Origin: Candidatus Poribacteria bacterium
Lineage (GTDB): Bacteria; Poribacteria; WGA-4E; WGA-3G
Direction: 5' to 3'
Assembly (NCBI GenBank): GCA_965197475.1
Contig: CBDANF010000002.1
Coordinates: forward strand, 672,001 to 736,000
DNA: 64,000 bases
This document shows positions 60,296 through 64,000 of the stretch, piece after piece (position 1 is the stretch's first letter; every line of letters begins with the position of its first letter). A program made the position numbers and the translations under genes. The notes beneath the pieces were generated by a model. The model did no database searches. It was not told where the DNA came from and was given only the letters and a program-made list of their open reading frames with translations.

Positions 60296-61057
60296 ATGAA
60301 AAAACGAGTACTTATCACAGGTGCAGCCGGTACGGTAGGTTCAACCCTCTGGCAAGCATGGGAAAAGCAGGATTTATATACATTAACCCTGATGGATATC
60401 AAACCAATTGAGGGATCGGTGTCCCGCGTGGAACAAGCTGATATTCGGGATTACACTGCGATGCACGAGTTGTGTCAAGGACAAGATGTCTTGGTGCATC
60501 TTGGGTATCTCCGCCAAAAATCGCCAAGTAAGGTTCCGGGTGAAGTCAACGACATCGGTGCTTCAATGGCTCTGTTTGAGGCTGCACGAGAGAGTGGAAT
60601 ACAAAAGATCGTATACGCAAGCACAAATCATGCATCTGGGTGGAATGAGCGAATTAGTTCGCCGCCAAGATTTTCCACAGGTGATCAGTTCAGGCCTGAT
60701 GGTTGGTATGGTGCAATGAAAGGGATGGCAGAAATTGCTGGACGATATCTCGTTGATGCACACAATATGCGATTTATCAGCATCCGAATCGGAAGTTATA
60801 ACGCTACTTATGAACCGAGCGGAATTCGACACTGTAGCACACTTCTAACACCACGCGATTGCGTGCAACTGTTCAGTTTGGCTGTAGATTACGATGGACC
60901 TGTCAAATATCTAATAACTTACGGTCGCTCAGCAAATTCAGATGGATACCAGCAGAGTTACCTTGATATTAGTGGCGCGGTTGAAGTGTTAGGGTATGAA
61001 CCACAAGACAATTTGATTAAGACACACCTATACAAATTTTTGAAAAGTGAGTTATGA
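60296..61057 (+). CDS. NAD-dependent epimerase/dehydratase (uronate dehydrogenase-like)
   Basis: LITGAAGTVG, VYASTNHA, RPDGWYGAMK, SIRIG. Confidence 0.85.
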   Translation: MKKRVLITGAAGTVGSTLWQAWEKQDLYTLTLMDIKPIEGSVSRVEQADIRDYTAMHELCQGQDVLVHLGYLRQKSPSKVPGEVNDIGASMALFEAARESGIQKIVYASTNHASGWNERISSPPRFSTGDQFRPDGWYGAMKGMAEIAGRYLVDAHNMRFISIRIGSYNATYEPSGIRHCSTLLTPRDCVQLFSLAVDYDGPVKYLITYGRSANSDGYQQSYLDISGAVEVLGYEPQDNLIKTHLYKFLKSEL

Positions 61058-61752
61058 ATGCAGAACCTCGTTACAACGACATCTACTATGAATGCACAAC
61101 TTTCCAATCTCAGATAATTGATGTTGTGCGGGGTAATGCTGTCTCGTTAAATGAACTGCCTTCCCCGATTGATTGGAATATGCTCTTTGGTAATACACAA
61201 CCGGTAGAGGTTGAGATCGGATTCGGCAAGGGGCGGTTTTTATTGGAAGCATCAAAGCAGTTTCCGCAGGTAAACTACATCGGTGTTGAGCGTGCACAAA
61301 AATATGTAGCACTCACACGTGAAAGGTTTGAGAAATACGGACGGCATTTCTCGGTAGATAAAAATTCGGGAAAATTCCAGAACGTACGCCTCGTGTGGAC
61401 AGATGCAAATTACTTTATAACACGGTATGTACCAGAGGAATCAGTACAAGCTTATCATATCTATTTCCCAGACCCGTGGCCAAAAGCACGGCAGCAGAAA
61501 CGGAGAATCTTTCGGAATAAGGATTTCCTTACCGCAATTACGCGAACGCTTACGTTAGATGGTGGTAAGTTGTCCGTTGCAACAGATTATGCAGAATATT
61601 TCAGTGAGATTCAAGAAAGACTCTCGGAGTTGAAAGAACTAAAACCTGTTCCGCTGATTTCAAGTGGCTATCAACATATCACCACCAATTTTGAAACGAA
61701 ATATCGTTTAGAAGGCAGGAAAATCTATCGCGCTGTTTATGAGAAGATGTAA
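61054..61752 (+). CDS. trmB: tRNA (guanine-N7)-methyltransferase
   Basis: VEIGFGKG.FL, NYIGVE, IYFPDPWPK...KRR, ATD..EY, TNFE.KY. Confidence 0.92.
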   Translation: MNAEPRYNDIYYECTTFQSQIIDVVRGNAVSLNELPSPIDWNMLFGNTQPVEVEIGFGKGRFLLEASKQFPQVNYIGVERAQKYVALTRERFEKYGRHFSVDKNSGKFQNVRLVWTDANYFITRYVPEESVQAYHIYFPDPWPKARQQKRRIFRNKDFLTAITRTLTLDGGKLSVATDYAEYFSEIQERLSELKELKPVPLISSGYQHITTNFETKYRLEGRKIYRAVYEKM

Positions 61753-61767
61753 TTTTTGGAGTAAATT

Positions 61768-62343
61768 GTGGCAACTGTACTTGCAGAAATCCTACTAACC
61801 CCTGAAGAATATTTGGTTATGGAGCGGGAAGCGGCTTTCAAAAGCGAATATCGCGACGGACAAATAGTTGCAATGCCTGGTGCCAGTCGCCAACATAATC
61901 TTATCACGGTTAATTTATCCAGCGGACTTCACATACAGTTGTTGGAACGAGGGTGTGAAGTTTATGTCAATGATATGCGGGTAAAAGTTAGTAATACGGG
62001 TTTATACACATATCCAGATGTTGTCGTTGTCTGTGATGAACCCCGTTTTGAGGATAATCACTTTGATACACTTCTCAATCCAACTGTACTCGTAGAAGTG
62101 CTTTCTCCGTCAACAGAAAATTATGATCGCAATGACAAATTTCTGTCTTATCAGACCCTTGAATCTTTGCAGGAATATATCCTTGTTTCACAAAATGGTG
62201 TGCATGTAGAACAGTATATCCGTCAAGATGGGAAGTGGATATTGAGAGAATTCCGTTCACTTGATGATGTGCTTCAAATCGCATCAATAGAATGTGAGTT
62301 GGCATTACGAGCAATCTATGCTAAGGTCAAATTTTTGAGGTAG
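61768..62343 (+). CDS. Uma2-family putative restriction endonuclease
   Basis: EY.DG.IVAMPGAS..HN, YPDVVVVC, NPTVLVEVLSPST...DR..K...Y, EYILV. Confidence 0.9.
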   Translation: MATVLAEILLTPEEYLVMEREAAFKSEYRDGQIVAMPGASRQHNLITVNLSSGLHIQLLERGCEVYVNDMRVKVSNTGLYTYPDVVVVCDEPRFEDNHFDTLLNPTVLVEVLSPSTENYDRNDKFLSYQTLESLQEYILVSQNGVHVEQYIRQDGKWILREFRSLDDVLQIASIECELALRAIYAKVKFLR

Positions 62344-62348
62344 CGGAA

Positions 62349-64000
62349 ATGAAAGAAAACCAGTCAAAAATGTGGCAATCTCTCCCGGGTGCGCCGGGGG
62401 TTTATCTGATGAAAGCTTCCGACGGTTCTCCTATCTACATTGGTAAGGCAGTCAACCTGCGGAATCGCGTTCGCTCCTATTTTCAACAGGGTGGACTCAC
62501 TGACAACCCGCTGACTGCACAGATGATGCGGTATGTAACAGAGGTTGATTATATTGTTACGACCACTGAGATCGAAGCTCTCATTCTGGAAAATAATCTG
62601 ATTAAGGCACATCAACCAAGATATAATGTTAAACTAAAGGATGACAAACGCTACCCATTTCTGAGAGTAACAACGAATGAGCCATTTCCACGGATAATGA
62701 TTACGCGCAAAACAGACAGTGACGGGACACGCTACTTCGGTCCTTTTGTGCGAGTTCGTTCCACACGACAGGTACTTAAACAGTTAACCAAGTTGTTTCC
62801 GATTCGCACCTGTACGCTGCCGCTTACAGAAACAGGTAACAAATACCGCGCATGTCTTGATTATCACATCGGACGGTGCCCCGCACCATGCGCTAATAAA
62901 ATAAGTGTGCAGGATTATAAAAAGATAGTTCGTAAGGTGTGTCAGTTTTTGGGCGGAAATACAGCTGCTGTCGTAAAAGAACTACAGCAGCAGATGCAAG
63001 CAGCAGCGAAATCCTTAGATTTTGAAACTGCAGCGAAATATAGAGATATGCTTAAAGATGTTCAACAAGCTGTTACCACACAACAGAGCCTTGACAATGT
63101 TTCAACAGTAGATGAGGATGTTATCGGTATTGCAACGGCTTTTCAGCATGGCGTGCAAAGCCGACTTGGAGATATTGCCTGTGTTCAAGTGCTGCATATT
63201 CGCGATGGTAAGCTGCTTGACCGTGAACACTATTATCTGAATGACGTACATCCTGAATTAATACCGACTGCACTAAGCGCATTTGTTTCTCAACACTATC
63301 AGAATGCTGTCTTGGTCCCAAAAACGATTGTTTTGCCGATGCCGATTGAATCGGTGGAATTGATTGAAAAATGGCTTAGTGAGAAACGGGGCAACCATGT
63401 ATCTTTGCACGTGCCGAGGGCAGGAAGACTCAGGCGGTTGCAAACTTTGGCAACAAAAAATGCTGAAGTGCTATTGATACAGCGGGAACAAAGTGTGGTT
63501 TATAGTAGCGATGTGGATCCAGCACTGGTTGAACTTCAGGAACTCCTTGGGATAAATCATCCGCTCAGACGGATTGAGGCGTATGATATTTCGAATCTTG
63601 GAGATAGGTATGCCGTTGGATCTATGGTAGTTTTGGAAGATGGGAAACCCGCTTCAAGTGAATACCGACAGTTTCGGATCCGCGACGTTATTGGGCAGAA
63701 CGATTACGGTATGATGCAAGAGGTTATTACACGTCGGTTTCGCCGCGTTGAGGCAGGAGATAAAAAATTTAGCAAATTACCAGATTTAATACTGATTGAT
63801 GGTGGGAAGGGACAATTGGGTGCTGCGCAAGCTGCGCTTCAACCTTTCGCTGAAGTAGATTTAGACCCTGTTCCGACTCAGATTCCAATTATTGCGTTAG
63901 CAAAACGGATTGAGGAGATTTTCGTTCCGGGAAATCCGGATCCGATTTTGTTACGGGAAGATAATCCTACATTGCACATGATTCAGCGGTTGCGGGATGA
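62349..64000 (+). CDS. uvrC: excinuclease ABC subunit C (partial, runs off the window; absent from the ORF track)
   Basis: ATG 62349: MKENQ...LPGAPGVYLMK...YIGKAVNLRNRVRSYF (GIY-YIG), EALILENNLIK, YNVKLKDDKRYP, RIEAYDISN, LILIDGGKGQL, LAKR.EE, IQRLRD. Confidence 0.95.
   Translation, partial: MKENQSKMWQSLPGAPGVYLMKASDGSPIYIGKAVNLRNRVRSYFQQGGLTDNPLTAQMMRYVTEVDYIVTTTEIEALILENNLIKAHQPRYNVKLKDDKRYPFLRVTTNEPFPRIMITRKTDSDGTRYFGPFVRVRSTRQVLKQLTKLFPIRTCTLPLTETGNKYRACLDYHIGRCPAPCANKISVQDYKKIVRKVCQFLGGNTAAVVKELQQQMQAAAKSLDFETAAKYRDMLKDVQQAVTTQQSLDNVSTVDEDVIGIATAFQHGVQSRLGDIACVQVLHIRDGKLLDREHYYLNDVHPELIPTALSAFVSQHYQNAVLVPKTIVLPMPIESVELIEKWLSEKRGNHVSLHVPRAGRLRRLQTLATKNAEVLLIQREQSVVYSSDVDPALVELQELLGINHPLRRIEAYDISNLGDRYAVGSMVVLEDGKPASSEYRQFRIRDVIGQNDYGMMQEVITRRFRRVEAGDKKFSKLPDLILIDGGKGQLGAAQAALQPFAEVDLDPVPTQIPIIALAKRIEEIFVPGNPDPILLREDNPTLHMIQRLRD

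Overview
Bacterial chromosomal window, roughly 40-45% GC by eye. The gene content suggests Candidatus Poribacteria (inference, not a database result): large secreted WD40 proteins with a W-x-LP-x-x-A-x-ARLGKG lead-in, a TolB-like protein ending in a VxPxGKxxxxWGxLK motif, several PhyH dioxygenases, Gfo/Idh/MocA oxidoreductases and a sulfatase-like enzyme. The outstanding feature is a single uninterrupted 1428-aa ORF (14938-19224) fusing an ECF-type sigma-70 factor, a complete but divergent FtsZ and a DNA polymerase III alpha (DnaE) core. The DnaE part has intact PHP and catalytic aspartates but lacks the C-terminal OB-fold/tau region. It is followed by a defence-like island: DprA/SLOG-like protein, PLD-SNF2 helicase, toxin-antitoxin genes and an N6-adenine methyltransferase carrying an in-frame palindromic insertion. 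Housekeeping genes include tatD, comF, smc, queC, a glnD-like gene, trmB and uvrC (partial). Four IS elements (IS1, ISKra4, IS630, IS1595 families) have readable ends, three with target-site duplications. There are also several MITE/REP-like miniature elements, a decaying cp-ATP-grasp/alpha-E/transglutaminase operon and several frameshifted genes. No rRNA, tRNA or CRISPR array was recognised.
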